This document shows positions 11,275-25,552 of a stretch of 64,000 nucleotides of DNA, piece by piece; position 1 is the first letter of the stretch; every line of letters begins with the position of its first letter. The stretch is taken from NCBI GenBank assembly GCA_963677415.2, contig CAXXFJ010000033.1:24115-88114 (forward strand). Direction: 5' to 3'. The translations under genes and the position numbers were made by a program. Under the pieces are notes generated by a model, which was not told the origin of the DNA, ran no database searches, and saw nothing but the letters and a program-made list of their open reading frames with translations. This stretch comes from Bacteroidales bacterium. Its GTDB lineage: Bacteria; Bacteroidota; Bacteroidia; Bacteroidales; JAQUTK01.

Positions 11275-12000
11275 ACAAAGCAATAGATCACGAGTCTGAT
11301 ACTGGAATCTGCAGGGATGATGGATGACCTGGAAGATGCACCATGCTAGTGCGGTTATATCGGAGCGTGCCTAAGAAATAAGTTTTTTCAATCTGGAGTT
11401 ATTTTTAATCAGAATGAGAGATTAACTATTCAATCAACATATTGAATGATGATCAGAGGGATATTGTACAATTGAATGCAAAGAGAGTGTCTGAATTTGA
11501 TCAGTTAGAAAAGGAATCGAAAGGAATATAGCTTGATTTTAACATGATTTATAGGCAATAGTATGACTCTTAGTTTGTGTTTCTTTTGTCAGGTACATGT
11601 TGTTGTTTTTATCGAGAAGACTTAGGAGTATACCGTTCAAAGCGTTTGTTTATAAAAGTTTCCATTTTATAAAACGCAAGTTTTCAGGCAATAATAAATG
11701 AATAGTTACGGAATATAATTATATATTTGCGTAATCAATTACTCGCTGCGGCTCACAGATGACTGACATAGCGAAGATGTTTGTATCGTTTTCTACAATA
11801 TCTAGATTTGATAAATAAGTTAATCGAAGATTAAAATATTAAAATCATTCTCAGTTTGGATTTTCGAAAGGAACTTCGGAGAAAATAGGAATAGTATGGT
11901 GGAAACGTCACGATTTGCGAAAATTGATACCTCAGTAATTAAATCGTTATCATAAACACATAGGGAAAATCAAATGAGCCCTATAAAACAAATTTATTCA

Positions 12001-13980
12001 ATGAAAAAGAGAATTATACTTATTGGCTTAAGTGGCTTGCTTTACTCCTTGGCAAGTGTTGCTCAATCTCCTTCTTTTAAGACATTTATGAATCCTGTCA
12101 TTCCCGGAGATCATTCAGATTGTACACTGACAAAAGTGGGGGATGATTTTTACACAACGGGATCATCATTTAATCCGACTCCTGTCATTTATCATTCTAC
12201 AGATTTAATACATTGGGAGGCTATTGCTCAACCGGTTTCTGCGGAGTGGTCTTTATATGGAGATTCTCCCAGTGCAGGTTGTTGGGGTGGACAGGTCGCT
12301 TTCTACAACAATAAGTATTGGGACTTTTTCTCGAGAGCCAACACGATGTATTTTGTTACTGCTGATAAACCTGAAGGACCATGGACTATGCCGGAAAAAG
12401 TCAATAATCCTTCTCAGCTTCCGTATGGTCTGGGATATGATAATTCAATCTTTATTGACGACGATGGTAAATGGTATATGATTGTCAAGAATGGTCAATC
12501 AAATAATGGAATAGTAGAACTGGATAAAACCGGTCAGCCAACAGGTGTGGTGTATGATTTGACCTGGTTAAATCCGGGAACAACAAATCATCCCTACAGT
12601 TGGGCTGAAGGACCGGTCATGTGGAAACACAATGGATATTATTATTACTCATTTGCCCGCGATGTATCGGGTGGACAAAAAGTTATGCGAAGTAATAAAC
12701 TTACTGTAGATAAGTCTTCCTGGACAGTGCCGGTCGATCTGTTTGATGAGAATGATCCGAACAAACCTAAAGCTCTCTTTTCTGGTCCAAATCACAGTTC
12801 GGCACCCGTAGAATTAGCGGACGGCACAAGTTGGGTTATTCATCCTCTCTGGGCAAGAGCAAATAGGAATGAATGGTATGGACAGGGACGCCAGGGATTG
12901 GCGAATCAAGTAAAATATGATTCTGACAATAATGTTGTTGCTGATTATCCGGTCAATATGGTTAAAAATGCACCCGTATTGCCTTCAAGTGGAATTCCAT
13001 GGATGGTGCCTAAATCAGATTGCTTTATAGCAGAGAAACTTCATCCTGAATGGTCTTTTCTGGGGCAAACTTCCTCTTCACTGGTCTCCCTTTCAGCCAG
13101 ACAGGGTTGGTTGAGACTGACTCCAAAAAGCATTACAAAACCGAATACGGTTATAAAAACAGATCCGGAGCATAACTATTCATTGATAACACGTCTTGAT
13201 TTTATTCCATACTCAGTTTCAAGTGAAGCAGGGTTGAGGATTATGAATGGTCAGGAAAGTATGTTTGCTAAAATATTTAGTACTTCAAACAGGACAGGAA
13301 AAAAAATTATTTGCTTCAGTTTTGAAGATGTTCGTTATGAAGTTGAAAACAATATTGGCACTATCGTGTGGCTAAAATTAGAAAGAACTAATCATGAATT
13401 GATCGGATCTTATAGCTCGGATGGTGTGAAATGGATACAAGTTGGAGAAAAAATAAATGTAGAAACGCTTGATCGTTTTACCGTTAATTATAACGGATGG
13501 TGTGGCAACAGACAAGGACTATATGTTCAGGGGGCACGATATGCAGACTTTGATCTATATATTTACCGCGATGCTTATACTTCAATCCTAGCAGAATGCC
13601 CGGCTAATCAATTTGGAACAGTCAGAACTGTATTGCCCAATGGTATTACTTTGTTAGACGATATTCACTCGAATGATTGGGCTTTATATGCAGGCGTTGA
13701 ATTTGGTAATAAAGATTATCGCAAAGTATCTAAAACAGTATCTTTCTCAGCTTCTTGTTCTACAAAAGGTGGCGTGGTGGAAGTATGGTTGGATTCAATC
13801 GATACGGGTAAGAAAATTGCTACTTGTAAGATTGACAATACAGGTGATTCATCAAGCATACAGACTTTTACAGCTAAAACTATTCCTACAAAAGGAAGAC
13901 ATGATGTGTATCTGAGATTTGTAGGTGAAGGAAGTGATGCGCTCTTTACTTTAAAGGATTTTGTTTTTACCAGTAAATAA
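12001..13980 (+). CDS. GH43 beta-xylosidase/alpha-L-arabinofuranosidase with C-terminal CBM6-like module
   Basis: The ATG at 12001 gives the signal peptide MKKRIILIGLSGLLYSLASVAQ. The GH43 N-terminus is 'NPVIPGDHSDCTLTKVGDDFYTTGSSF'. The C-terminus 'DWALYAGVEFGN...VEVWLDS...HDVYLRF' is CBM6-like. Confidence 0.8.
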   Translation: MKKRIILIGLSGLLYSLASVAQSPSFKTFMNPVIPGDHSDCTLTKVGDDFYTTGSSFNPTPVIYHSTDLIHWEAIAQPVSAEWSLYGDSPSAGCWGGQVAFYNNKYWDFFSRANTMYFVTADKPEGPWTMPEKVNNPSQLPYGLGYDNSIFIDDDGKWYMIVKNGQSNNGIVELDKTGQPTGVVYDLTWLNPGTTNHPYSWAEGPVMWKHNGYYYYSFARDVSGGQKVMRSNKLTVDKSSWTVPVDLFDENDPNKPKALFSGPNHSSAPVELADGTSWVIHPLWARANRNEWYGQGRQGLANQVKYDSDNNVVADYPVNMVKNAPVLPSSGIPWMVPKSDCFIAEKLHPEWSFLGQTSSSLVSLSARQGWLRLTPKSITKPNTVIKTDPEHNYSLITRLDFIPYSVSSEAGLRIMNGQESMFAKIFSTSNRTGKKIICFSFEDVRYEVENNIGTIVWLKLERTNHELIGSYSSDGVKWIQVGEKINVETLDRFTVNYNGWCGNRQGLYVQGARYADFDLYIYRDAYTSILAECPANQFGTVRTVLPNGITLLDDIHSNDWALYAGVEFGNKDYRKVSKTVSFSASCSTKGGVVEVWLDSIDTGKKIATCKIDNTGDSSSIQTFTAKTIPTKGRHDVYLRFVGEGSDALFTLKDFVFTSK

Positions 13981-13997
13981 AATATCAATTATCACAC

Positions 13998-15311
13998 ATG
14001 AAAATAGCAGTCACACATTTAGTTAAGTCAGTTAAATTGATAAGATATGTTTTTCTGATTGGTAGCATTTCTCTTTCAACTTTTCATGTTGCAGCCATAA
14101 ATCAGGTTGCTCAGAAAGATCAAAAAGGCAGTGGTTCCTTTTATTCCGGACAATATAGAAATGTATTTCTTGAATATGGGTACAAGAAGAACGACATCGA
14201 CCTCAAAGTAGCGAAAGCCTATTCTGATCTTTTTGAAGGGCCGAACAAGGTTTACTTTGAAGTAGGTGATTCAATGGCCTATGTATCAGATATAAAGAAT
14301 AAAGATGCACGTACCGAAGGACTATCTTACGGTTTGATGATCGCTGTTCAGCTGAATAAGAAAGATGTTTTTGATCGTATCTGGCGGTGGACAAGCAAAT
14401 ATTTACAACACCACGGTGGTGCACGCGACTCCTATTTTGCCTGGAGCGTGGAGCCCAACTCTCTGAAGCATAATTCTGAAGGTTCAGCTTCCGACGGCGA
14501 ACTCTATTTTATCACGGATCTGTTGTTTGCCTCCAATCGCTGGGGCAATGATACCGGTATCAACTACTACGCTGAAGCAAGAAAGATTTTGGATGCTATG
14601 TGGAGTAAAGATGGCACGGATGGAGTACGCAACCTGATCAATGTGGAGCACAAACTGATTACATTTACTCCAGACAATTACGGTTATACCTGGACAGATC
14701 CTTCCTATAATTTAGCTGCTTTCTATGAGATATGGGCTGAATATGCGAAGGATGGGAAAGAACAATTTTATCGTGATTGTGCCGATTCTGCCAGTGTTTA
14801 CCTCCACAAAGCATGTAATTCTGCAACGGCTCTCAATGCTGATTATACTGAATTTGATGGAACACCACGTTCTAACCGTAGGATGCCTGCGGCCTTCAGA
14901 TATGATTCCTGGCGTGTCCCTATGAATATTTCTATGGATTATGCCTGGTTTGGTAAAGATAAAAAGTGGCAGCAGGATTATTGCCAGCGGATTCAAAAGT
15001 TCTTCTCTGACAAAGGAGTTGACACCTTTGAGGATCAGTTTAATGTGGATGGAACCCGTCCTGATTTTATTCTTCAGGCTGGAGGATTTCAAAAGTTGCG
15101 CCATTCTTTAGGACTGGTTTCTACTGTTGCTGCGACATCGATGATTGGTACTCAGGCACAAAGTAAGAAATTTGTAGATGCCTTGTGGAATGCCAAACTG
15201 GAACCTTATGAGGATGGATATTTCGACCCATACTATGATGGATTGTTATACCTCTTCACTCTTATGCACTTAAGCGGTAATTATCAAATAATTAAACCTA
15301 CAGCACTTTAA
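13998..15311 (+). CDS. GH8 glycoside hydrolase (reducing-end xylose-releasing exo-oligoxylanase-like)
   Basis: 437 aa. 'ARTEGLSYGLMIAVQLNKKDVFDRIWRW' and 'SASDGELYF' are typical GH8 (alpha/alpha)6 motifs. It sits in a xylan-enzyme context. Confidence 0.75.
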   Translation: MKIAVTHLVKSVKLIRYVFLIGSISLSTFHVAAINQVAQKDQKGSGSFYSGQYRNVFLEYGYKKNDIDLKVAKAYSDLFEGPNKVYFEVGDSMAYVSDIKNKDARTEGLSYGLMIAVQLNKKDVFDRIWRWTSKYLQHHGGARDSYFAWSVEPNSLKHNSEGSASDGELYFITDLLFASNRWGNDTGINYYAEARKILDAMWSKDGTDGVRNLINVEHKLITFTPDNYGYTWTDPSYNLAAFYEIWAEYAKDGKEQFYRDCADSASVYLHKACNSATALNADYTEFDGTPRSNRRMPAAFRYDSWRVPMNISMDYAWFGKDKKWQQDYCQRIQKFFSDKGVDTFEDQFNVDGTRPDFILQAGGFQKLRHSLGLVSTVAATSMIGTQAQSKKFVDALWNAKLEPYEDGYFDPYYDGLLYLFTLMHLSGNYQIIKPTAL

Positions 15312-15354
15312 AGTGCTTTCATACAAGTCTTTTTTTTAAAACATATTTTAGTAA

Positions 15355-17359
<2,005 letters not shown>

Positions 17360-17373
17360 TACCAACTATCTAA

Positions 17374-18540
<1,167 letters not shown>

Positions 18541-18567
18541 GCCTACAAATTATAAATAAATTATTCA

Positions 18568-19497
18568 ATGAAACGTTTCTCAATTCTCCTTTTAACGCTG
18601 ATAGGGTTCACTCAATGTTACAGTCAGCAGTTTTCTAAAAACTGGAAAGACTTGAACTATGCCAGTGACAGTATGATTTATCATAAACTGGATATTTATT
18701 TACCGCAGGTGCAAAAGAGCAGTTATCCTGTCATAATTTCTATTTATGGTAGTGCATGGATGTCAAACAGTTCCAAAGGAGCCGCTCTTGGACCATTGGG
18801 CAAAGCATTGCTTGATGCCGGTTTTGCAGTTGTTACCCCCAATCACCGGTCAAGTATGGATGCCAAATTTCCCGCACCCATGCAGGATATAAAAGCAGCT
18901 ATCCGATTTGTGAGAGCCAATGCGGCAATGTATCAACTTGATACTTCGTTTGTCGGCATCACCGGTAGTTCCTCAGGAGGCAACATGGCTGCTATGGCTG
19001 GAACATCTCGATATGTAAAGACGTTCACGATTGGTGATGTTACTCTTGATATAGAAGGTAAAGTTGGCCCAAATACGGCTTACAGCAGTTCGGTTGATGC
19101 AGTTGTAGATTGGTTTGGCCCAACAAACATGCTAGTCATGGACTCATGTGGAGGCACTGATTTTATCCACAATGATGCTAATTCACCGGCATCGCTCTAT
19201 ATTGGAGGTCCAATACAGGAAAACAAAGAGAAGTGTCTAATGTCAAGTCCAATAACCTTTATTGATCCAAGTGATCCGCCATTCCTCATTTTCCACGGAG
19301 ATAAAGACAGGGTAGTGCCTCATTGTCAGAGTGAAATACTTTTTGATGCTTTGCAGAAAGCCAAAGTCCCCAGTCAGTTCTTTCTTGTTCCGGATGGACA
19401 GCATGGCCCTGGCGTACAAGTAGAGAAGAATCTAAAAATGATGGTCGACTTTTTTCAAAAAGAGTTAATGAAGAAAGGAGCAGATAAAAGGTTTTAG
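18568..19497 (+). CDS. Alpha/beta hydrolase, carbohydrate/carboxyl-esterase-like
   Basis: 309 aa with a signal peptide, the nucleophile elbow 'GSSSGG' and the C-terminal motif 'HGDKDRVVP'. Confidence 0.7.
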   Translation: MKRFSILLLTLIGFTQCYSQQFSKNWKDLNYASDSMIYHKLDIYLPQVQKSSYPVIISIYGSAWMSNSSKGAALGPLGKALLDAGFAVVTPNHRSSMDAKFPAPMQDIKAAIRFVRANAAMYQLDTSFVGITGSSSGGNMAAMAGTSRYVKTFTIGDVTLDIEGKVGPNTAYSSSVDAVVDWFGPTNMLVMDSCGGTDFIHNDANSPASLYIGGPIQENKEKCLMSSPITFIDPSDPPFLIFHGDKDRVVPHCQSEILFDALQKAKVPSQFFLVPDGQHGPGVQVEKNLKMMVDFFQKELMKKGADKRF

Positions 19498-19566
19498 AAT
19501 ATACTTCGATGAAGTCTACTCTATTGAAATAACGATGGAATAGCAACAATCAACTTGTTCCATACA

Positions 19567-19614
19567 AATAAGAAGCGTAACCCCTGGTAATCCGGGATAG
19601 TTACGCTTCTTATT
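19567..19614 (+). terminator. Stem-loop terminator after the esterase array
   Basis: The 15-bp perfect stem aataagaagcgtaac / gttacgcttcttatt encloses an 18-nt loop and is followed by an A/T-rich tail. Confidence 0.6.
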
Positions 19615-19762
19615 ATAATAATTCTGTAAGTTATACGTTTAGATTTTATCTAAGTTATTCAATCTTTATTGTATTTTTGCGAGGGTGTTACAGTTGTATG
19701 TTGGATGGTAGTTGTTGGGTGTGAATCTTATTAAATTAACTCTTTAAACTCGATCTGAATCT

Positions 19763-20574
19763 ATGAAGAAAGCGATATCGGCATTATTCATTCTCTGTAT
19801 GACATTACCAGTCTTTGGCAATGACGGAGTGTATAACACGCGTGGTGGGGTTATTTACCCTACGAAGGAAACCAAAATTTCTCTTGAGAAAGAAAACTTA
19901 TCATTTACTGTTCGAGACAATGTCTGTCATGTCAATATCTCATTCGAGTTTAACAACCCGGAGAGTGTTGAACGAAAACTAATGATTGGATTTCAAGCGC
20001 CAACAGCCGTTGGTGATATGTCGGATGAGATCAGAAACACAAACCAGATTACAGACTTTAAGATCCTCTCCAACGGACAGACATTGCCTTTCAAAGTGAA
20101 GCAGCTGAACGCGAGGACAGCGAACTAAAAGAACCCAAGGAGATCCATTTCTCGCAATTAAAGCAAGGGGTTTTTGTGTACTTATTTGAATTGTCCTTTA
20201 AGCCCGGACTGAATAAGATAGATCACAGTTACACATTCCCGGCAAGCTCCAATGTACTATATAGCCAGTTTTATAACTATATCTTAACGACAGGAGCTAA
20301 ATGGTCAGGCGGAAAAATAAAAAACCTGACAGTTCAGATTGACCTTGGAGAGAATAAGTCTTTTTATGTGAATGACATCTTTGGGAAAGACGCTAAATGG
20401 TCAATAATCGGCAGTGGTGAAGTAACAAAAGAAAGTTTCCGTAATCACGACAAAGACACAGCAAAAATAATTAAAGTCAACTCTGGCAAGCTTCAGATCA
20501 ATGTGTCTGACTTACAGCCCCAACGAAATATAGAGTTTGGTATTCGAAATGAAAAGACAGCCCAGCTTAAATAA
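19763..20574 (+). pseudogene. Secreted hypothetical protein (DUF4424-like by recollection), split by a -1 frame change
   Basis: ORF 19763-20128 and ORF 20176-20574 belong together. The second frame is open back to 20062 and reads '...AAEREDSELKEPKEIHFSQLKQGVFVYLFEL'. The junction is most plausibly near 20095-20105. Confidence 0.5.
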
Positions 20575-20613
20575 GACAAAAACATTCGTTTAGTCGGATG
20601 CGGACCAAAAACA

Positions 20614-20652
20614 ACGTGGGATGTGAAGCTTCAACAGCTTCACATCCCACGT
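20614..20652. terminator. Bidirectional stem-loop between convergent genes
   Basis: The 16-bp perfect stem acgtgggatgtgaagc / gcttcacatcccacgt has a 7-nt loop. It is flanked by an A-run upstream and a T-rich stretch downstream. Confidence 0.7.
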
Positions 20653-20659
20653 TTCCTTT

Positions 20660-23098
20660 TTACTTTGTTTGAAGTTTGACTTTGGAAGCCTTCAGTCCGG
20701 AGGTTGAGGCTTTCAGAATTACTTCTCCCGGCTGTTGTCCAGAGCGTAAGATCACCAGAGCAGATCCTTGGAAGAGTCTTCGCTGGTTGCCCACATGAAG
20801 TTCTTCAGAGGTCAGATCCCCATTATCGACAGCTACGATCCGGGCATTCCCTTCCACCTCAAACGTAAGGTTTTGGTTTGCATCAAAGACGCGGCGTCCT
20901 TTCGAATCAACAGCGTAAACGCGTATATGCTGTAGATCCAACCCATCCGCTTTCCAGTTGATCGAATCCGGTTCCAGTTTCAGCGCGACAGCCTTTCCGG
21001 TTGTTTCCAACATGTGGCGAGCAACTTCCTTGCCGTTCGTTCGTGCTATTGCTACGATATTACCTTTCTGATAAGCAATGTTTTCCCAACGGATTCGGTT
21101 ACGGCCTTTCGTATTATCCTTTTCATTCAGCTTCTTGCCGATTGATTTGCCATTGATAAGCAGTTCCACTTCATCCGCATTTGTATAGGTGTACAGAGAT
21201 ATCTGACTTCCATCTATACGATTCCAGTTTTCTGTCATAGGAGTAGTAGCGACATTCACCTGATTCCAATTCTTTGTACCTTCCTTTGCTTCGATGAGAG
21301 CGATGTGAACCATTGGTTCATCACTAAACATACTCTTCATCAGATAAGCTTGAGGCTTGGGTTGCAAAGAGATATCAAAAACTCCCTGCATCCAGCCTTT
21401 AGCAGGCCAACCGCCTGATTCACCCAGATAATCTACCAGTCCCCAATAAGCCAGTCCCACGACTTTATCCAGTTCCATCTCATAATAGTTCGGGCCCATA
21501 GCATTGACAGCAGCTTCACTCTGATAAAATATCATATTCGGATATCTTGCCGCATCCCCCTTGAAAAACATATATCGGTAGTTGTAACTTGCTATATCAG
21601 TCTCCAAAGCCAGTTCAGCAGGAAGATCCGGTTTGTCGTAGCTGCGACTGGTCGGAGCCATGGCAACAGTTGTCGGACGTGTCTTGTCATACCGTTTAAT
21701 CAGAACATTCTGTAATCTGTAAGGAGTAACTCCCCAATCATCATACACATTACCCCAGTACTGCAGCTCATTACCCAAGCTCCACATAATGACACAAGGG
21801 TGATTACGGTCCCGTTTGATGAACTCCGGTACCGCCTTTGGCCAAAGCTCCATCCAGGCAACCCGTCCACCGGTATTATTATCGTTCCATTTATCAAAAA
21901 GTTCGTCTACCACCAGAATACCATACTTATCTGCCAGATCCAGGAAGGACTTGCTGTACGGATTATGCGACGTACGGATATGATTCAGTCCAAACGACTT
22001 CATTAACTGCAAACGTTTCTCGATACCACGTTCATAAGCTGCAGCACCCAGAGCACCCATTTCGTGGTGATTGGCATTCCCTTTCAGTATCACTTTCTTG
22101 CCGTTCAGTTTGAAACCGAATGCCGGCGAATATTCAATCGTGCGGATACCAAAATACTCGTTGCACTGATCAGCAACAGATCCGTCTGATCGTAGGATGC
22201 TGACCTGTATGGTATAGAGTTGAGGCGATTCGCAAGACCACAAAAGCGGATTGTCAATCTTGATTGGTTCCAGCTGATATTCCCGGATTCGATAGTTGCC
22301 GATGGGCAGTTTGGATTGCACACTCTTCACTACCTGTCCCTTCGGATCCAGAATCTTCACATCTACCAGTAGATCCATCTTTTGTCTGGACAGATTCTCT
22401 ATTTCCGTCTGAATAGCAATGGTAGCACTATTTCCGGTAATCTCCGGTGTGGTGATATAGATGCCATGACGAGCTATTCCCAGTTGCGCATCCTTGATGA
22501 TCATATTCACATCGCGATACAACCCCGCACCCGTGTACCAGCGCGAGTTTAGAGGTTCACGGGTATCAGCTTTCACAGCAATCACATTCGGTTCGCCCCA
22601 TTTCAGCTCATTCGTTACATCAATCTCAAATCCAAGATATCCGTAATCAGTACCGCCGATCAGCTTCCCATTCAGAAAGACATCCGCCACATACAGAATA
22701 CCTTCGAAGTCAAGAATTACCCGTTTGCCTTTATCGGCAATATCCGGCGTGAAGCTCTTTCGATACCATCCGATGCCCATCTCCTTAAAACCACGCGCAC
22801 TGAGGCGGCTTCTGATATTGGCAAACGCTACATTGTTATTTCCGGTTTCTGTAGCTTGAGGAGCCACCCACGGTTGACTGATTTGGAAATCATGAGGTAC
22901 ATCAATCACCATCCAGCCAGCATCATCCAAGCCGGGGAGTTGCGCATTTTCCAGATCACCGGCATGAAACTTCCAGCCAAAATTCATGGATACCACTTTT
23001 CTTCCCTTCTGCTCGGCTGTCTGAGAGACACTCTGTGCGGTGAGATACGAAGGGATCATCAAGAAGGAACTAATAATGAGTAACAGTAACTTTTTCAT
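20660..23098 (-). CDS. GH2 glycoside hydrolase (beta-galactosidase/beta-glucuronidase-like)
   Basis: The ATG at 23098 gives the signal peptide MKKLLLLIISSFLMIPSYLTAQ. 'HIRTSHNP' and 'WSLGNE' are present. The C-terminal module 'KADGLDLQHIRVYAVDSKG' matches the other GH2s. Confidence 0.85.
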   Translation of the reverse strand: MKKLLLLIISSFLMIPSYLTAQSVSQTAEQKGRKVVSMNFGWKFHAGDLENAQLPGLDDAGWMVIDVPHDFQISQPWVAPQATETGNNNVAFANIRSRLSARGFKEMGIGWYRKSFTPDIADKGKRVILDFEGILYVADVFLNGKLIGGTDYGYLGFEIDVTNELKWGEPNVIAVKADTREPLNSRWYTGAGLYRDVNMIIKDAQLGIARHGIYITTPEITGNSATIAIQTEIENLSRQKMDLLVDVKILDPKGQVVKSVQSKLPIGNYRIREYQLEPIKIDNPLLWSCESPQLYTIQVSILRSDGSVADQCNEYFGIRTIEYSPAFGFKLNGKKVILKGNANHHEMGALGAAAYERGIEKRLQLMKSFGLNHIRTSHNPYSKSFLDLADKYGILVVDELFDKWNDNNTGGRVAWMELWPKAVPEFIKRDRNHPCVIMWSLGNELQYWGNVYDDWGVTPYRLQNVLIKRYDKTRPTTVAMAPTSRSYDKPDLPAELALETDIASYNYRYMFFKGDAARYPNMIFYQSEAAVNAMGPNYYEMELDKVVGLAYWGLVDYLGESGGWPAKGWMQGVFDISLQPKPQAYLMKSMFSDEPMVHIALIEAKEGTKNWNQVNVATTPMTENWNRIDGSQISLYTYTNADEVELLINGKSIGKKLNEKDNTKGRNRIRWENIAYQKGNIVAIARTNGKEVARHMLETTGKAVALKLEPDSINWKADGLDLQHIRVYAVDSKGRRVFDANQNLTFEVEGNARIVAVDNGDLTSEELHVGNQRRLFQGSALVILRSGQQPGEVILKASTSGLKASKVKLQTK

Positions 23099-23312
23099 AG
23101 GTATATTGATTTTCATTTGTTGCAAAAATACGATTGTTATTTGAAATTCAGCAAGAAACGTAAGTCAACTTTTCTTGTTTGCAACTCCTTTTTTGCATTT
23201 TGCATCGTGTATATCGCAATCTTTTTGCAATTTTGCATTGAAAAGAGATTTCTATCACAAACTTTTTGCAGTTCATCTCGTTGGAAGGATAACAAACAAA
23301 TATATAAAGATT

Positions 23313-24134
23313 ATGGATTTATTGACGATCAATCACACCACATGCACAAGCTGTGGCATTTGCATACAGAGCTGCCCGGTATCTATTATATCATTCGGAG
23401 AAGATAAGTTCCCATTCGTAAAAGAGGGGTCAGCCAAACGATGTGTCTTGTGCGGACATTGTGTTTCCGTTTGTCCCGACTCAGCAATAAAGCACAACCT
23501 TTTGCCGGATACAGCACCAATCCGCAAAGAAATAAAGGATCAGATTACTCCGACAAATATCGCCGAATATTTCAAGAGCCGTCGTTCTATCCGTAAGTTT
23601 ATCTCCAAACCCGTGGCAAAACCACTTTTGGAGGAAGTCTTTGACATTGTCAGTTATGCGCCAACCGGAGTGAACTCGCAAATGAACAAATGGGTTGTTG
23701 TAAGTGATCCAACGATTATCCATCAGTTAAGTGATGGCGTCATTGAATGGATGAAAGCAGCGATTACGGTAAATCCCGAGTTTGCCAAACTCCTTAATTT
23801 TGCCGGACTAATCTATATGTATGAACAAGGCAACGATGTGATTTGTCGCAATGCCCCCAGTTTGGTCATCGGTTATACCAATGCATCTTATACCGGCGGC
23901 ACTATTGACTCAGTGATAGCAACATCGCATCTTGAAGTCTTGCTTCCGGCGTTTGGTTTGGGTAGTTGCTGGGCCGGTTATCTAATGATCGCTTTGAGGT
24001 ATTCTCCCGAAATGCGGAAGATGATCGGGCTTGATGACTCGCATACCATACATTCAGCAACGATGATAGGCTATCCCCAATATCACTATTACAAAATACC
24101 GGCCCGCAAAGACCCACAGGTAAGCTGGATGTAA
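23313..24134 (+). CDS. 4Fe-4S ferredoxin domain fused to a nitroreductase-family domain
   Basis: The start was chosen at ATG 23313 (MDLLTINH). Two cysteine clusters are present, CTSCGICIQSCP and CVLCGHCVSVCP. Nitroreductase-like 'RRSIRKF...APTGVNSQ' follows. Confidence 0.75.
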   Translation: MDLLTINHTTCTSCGICIQSCPVSIISFGEDKFPFVKEGSAKRCVLCGHCVSVCPDSAIKHNLLPDTAPIRKEIKDQITPTNIAEYFKSRRSIRKFISKPVAKPLLEEVFDIVSYAPTGVNSQMNKWVVVSDPTIIHQLSDGVIEWMKAAITVNPEFAKLLNFAGLIYMYEQGNDVICRNAPSLVIGYTNASYTGGTIDSVIATSHLEVLLPAFGLGSCWAGYLMIALRYSPEMRKMIGLDDSHTIHSATMIGYPQYHYYKIPARKDPQVSWM

Positions 24135-24289
24135 AAAGGATCAAACTTTCCTTGAATTTAAATGAGACTGAATAGTTACTTACTATTTCAACATTAATAT
24201 CTTATTTACAGATAATTTTCTTGTGGAAGTCCAATTATTAGACTATCTTTATTCCCAGAATATGTGATTATCACAAATAATTGGAATAA

Positions 24290-25552
24290 ATGATTATTAA
24301 GCGACAGAAATATCTTGATATGCTCATTGCAGGAATAGGCAATGGCTTAGTGAAAATAGTCACAGGAGGACGACGTTGTGGGAAGTCCTTCTTGCTATTT
24401 ACCTTATTTCATAAATATTTGACAGAACAAGGAGTAACTGATAACCACATCATAGAGTTTTCGCTTGATGATCGTCGCAATCGTCCACTTCGTAACCCAG
24501 ACGCATTGCTTGACCGCATAGATACACTTTTGCAGAATGATGATGAAAAGTACTATGTGATTCTTGATGAAGTACAGCTGGTTGAAGACTTTGTGGAAGT
24601 TCTTCTTAGTTTGATGCATAACCCAAAGTTGGAAGTGTTTGTATCTGGTTCTAACTCAAAATTTCTTTCTAAAGACGTGGTAACTGAATTCCGTGGTCGT
24701 GGTGAGGAAATTAGGGTATGGCCTCTATCGTTTTCGGAGTATTATGAAGCGATGGGCGGTGATAGACGAGAAGCTTGGCAAGACTATTATACCTATGGCG
24801 GGCTTCCTCAAGTTCTACTATTGGAGAATGAACAACAAAAAGTGGATTATCTTCGCAATATCTATGAACTAACTTACATCAATGATGTGGTTGAACGTAA
24901 TCACTTACGTAATGCAGAAGGGTTACGAAAGTTAATTCAATTTGCAGCATCTTCTATAGGTTCGCCTATGAATCCTAAACGTATTAGTAACACCTTTGGT
25001 TCGGTAGAGAATATAATAATTGACAACAAAACGATTACTAAATATCTTGGCTATTTACAAGATTCGTTTATGATAGAAGAAGCACTACGCTTTGATGTAA
25101 AAGGTCGCAAATACATCGGAACAGAGACTAAATATTACTTTGCAGATATGGGGCTTCGTGCCATAGCTCTAAATTTTCGGCAACAAGAAGAAACGCACAT
25201 TATGGAGAATATTATCTATAATGAATTGCGTATGCGTGGATACCTTGTAGATGTGGGTACAGTGGAAGTGTGGGATAAAAATGAAGATGGAAATTATCGA
25301 CGAAAAATGGTTGAAGTAGACTTTGTTGTTAATAGTGGAGCTCATCGTGTTTACATTCAATCGGCTTATAAACTTCCAGATGCAGAGAAAGTAATACAAG
25401 AGCAGCGTCCACTTCTAAATATTAATGATAACTTTCGTAAAATTGTTATAGTTTGGGATGATATTAAGAAAAAGGTCGACGAACAAGGTATTGTAACAAT
25501 GTCGTTATTAGATTTTCTACTTGACAAAGATAGCATAAGCCAACTATTGTAA
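24290..25552 (+). CDS. AAA+ ATPase with C-terminal DUF4143-type (restriction-endonuclease-fold-like) domain
   Basis: 420 aa with Walker A 'GGRRCGKS' and Walker B 'ILDEVQ'. The C-terminal 'EVDFVV...VYIQSAYKL' resembles the DUF4143 core. Confidence 0.7.
   Translation: MIIKRQKYLDMLIAGIGNGLVKIVTGGRRCGKSFLLFTLFHKYLTEQGVTDNHIIEFSLDDRRNRPLRNPDALLDRIDTLLQNDDEKYYVILDEVQLVEDFVEVLLSLMHNPKLEVFVSGSNSKFLSKDVVTEFRGRGEEIRVWPLSFSEYYEAMGGDRREAWQDYYTYGGLPQVLLLENEQQKVDYLRNIYELTYINDVVERNHLRNAEGLRKLIQFAASSIGSPMNPKRISNTFGSVENIIIDNKTITKYLGYLQDSFMIEEALRFDVKGRKYIGTETKYYFADMGLRAIALNFRQQEETHIMENIIYNELRMRGYLVDVGTVEVWDKNEDGNYRRKMVEVDFVVNSGAHRVYIQSAYKLPDAEKVIQEQRPLLNINDNFRKIVIVWDDIKKKVDEQGIVTMSLLDFLLDKDSISQLL

Noticed and set aside
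11275-12000. A ~700-bp gap without ORFs between the GH106-like and GH43 genes. It was examined for RNA genes or gene remnants.
   Set aside because: I found only weak short inverted repeats (e.g. ttataaaa/ttttataa). There is no recognisable RNA motif, repeat or protein-coding fragment. It is treated as a long promoter/leader region pending computational scans.
23117-23312. An N-terminal extension of the nitroreductase ORF (alternative start at 23175) and the overlapping 96-aa ORF 23117-23407.
   Set aside because: The extension reads through the repetitive TTTTTGCA intergenic element and gives a non-protein-like peptide. ATG 23313 starts directly at the ferredoxin domain (MDLLTINHTTCTSCGIC).
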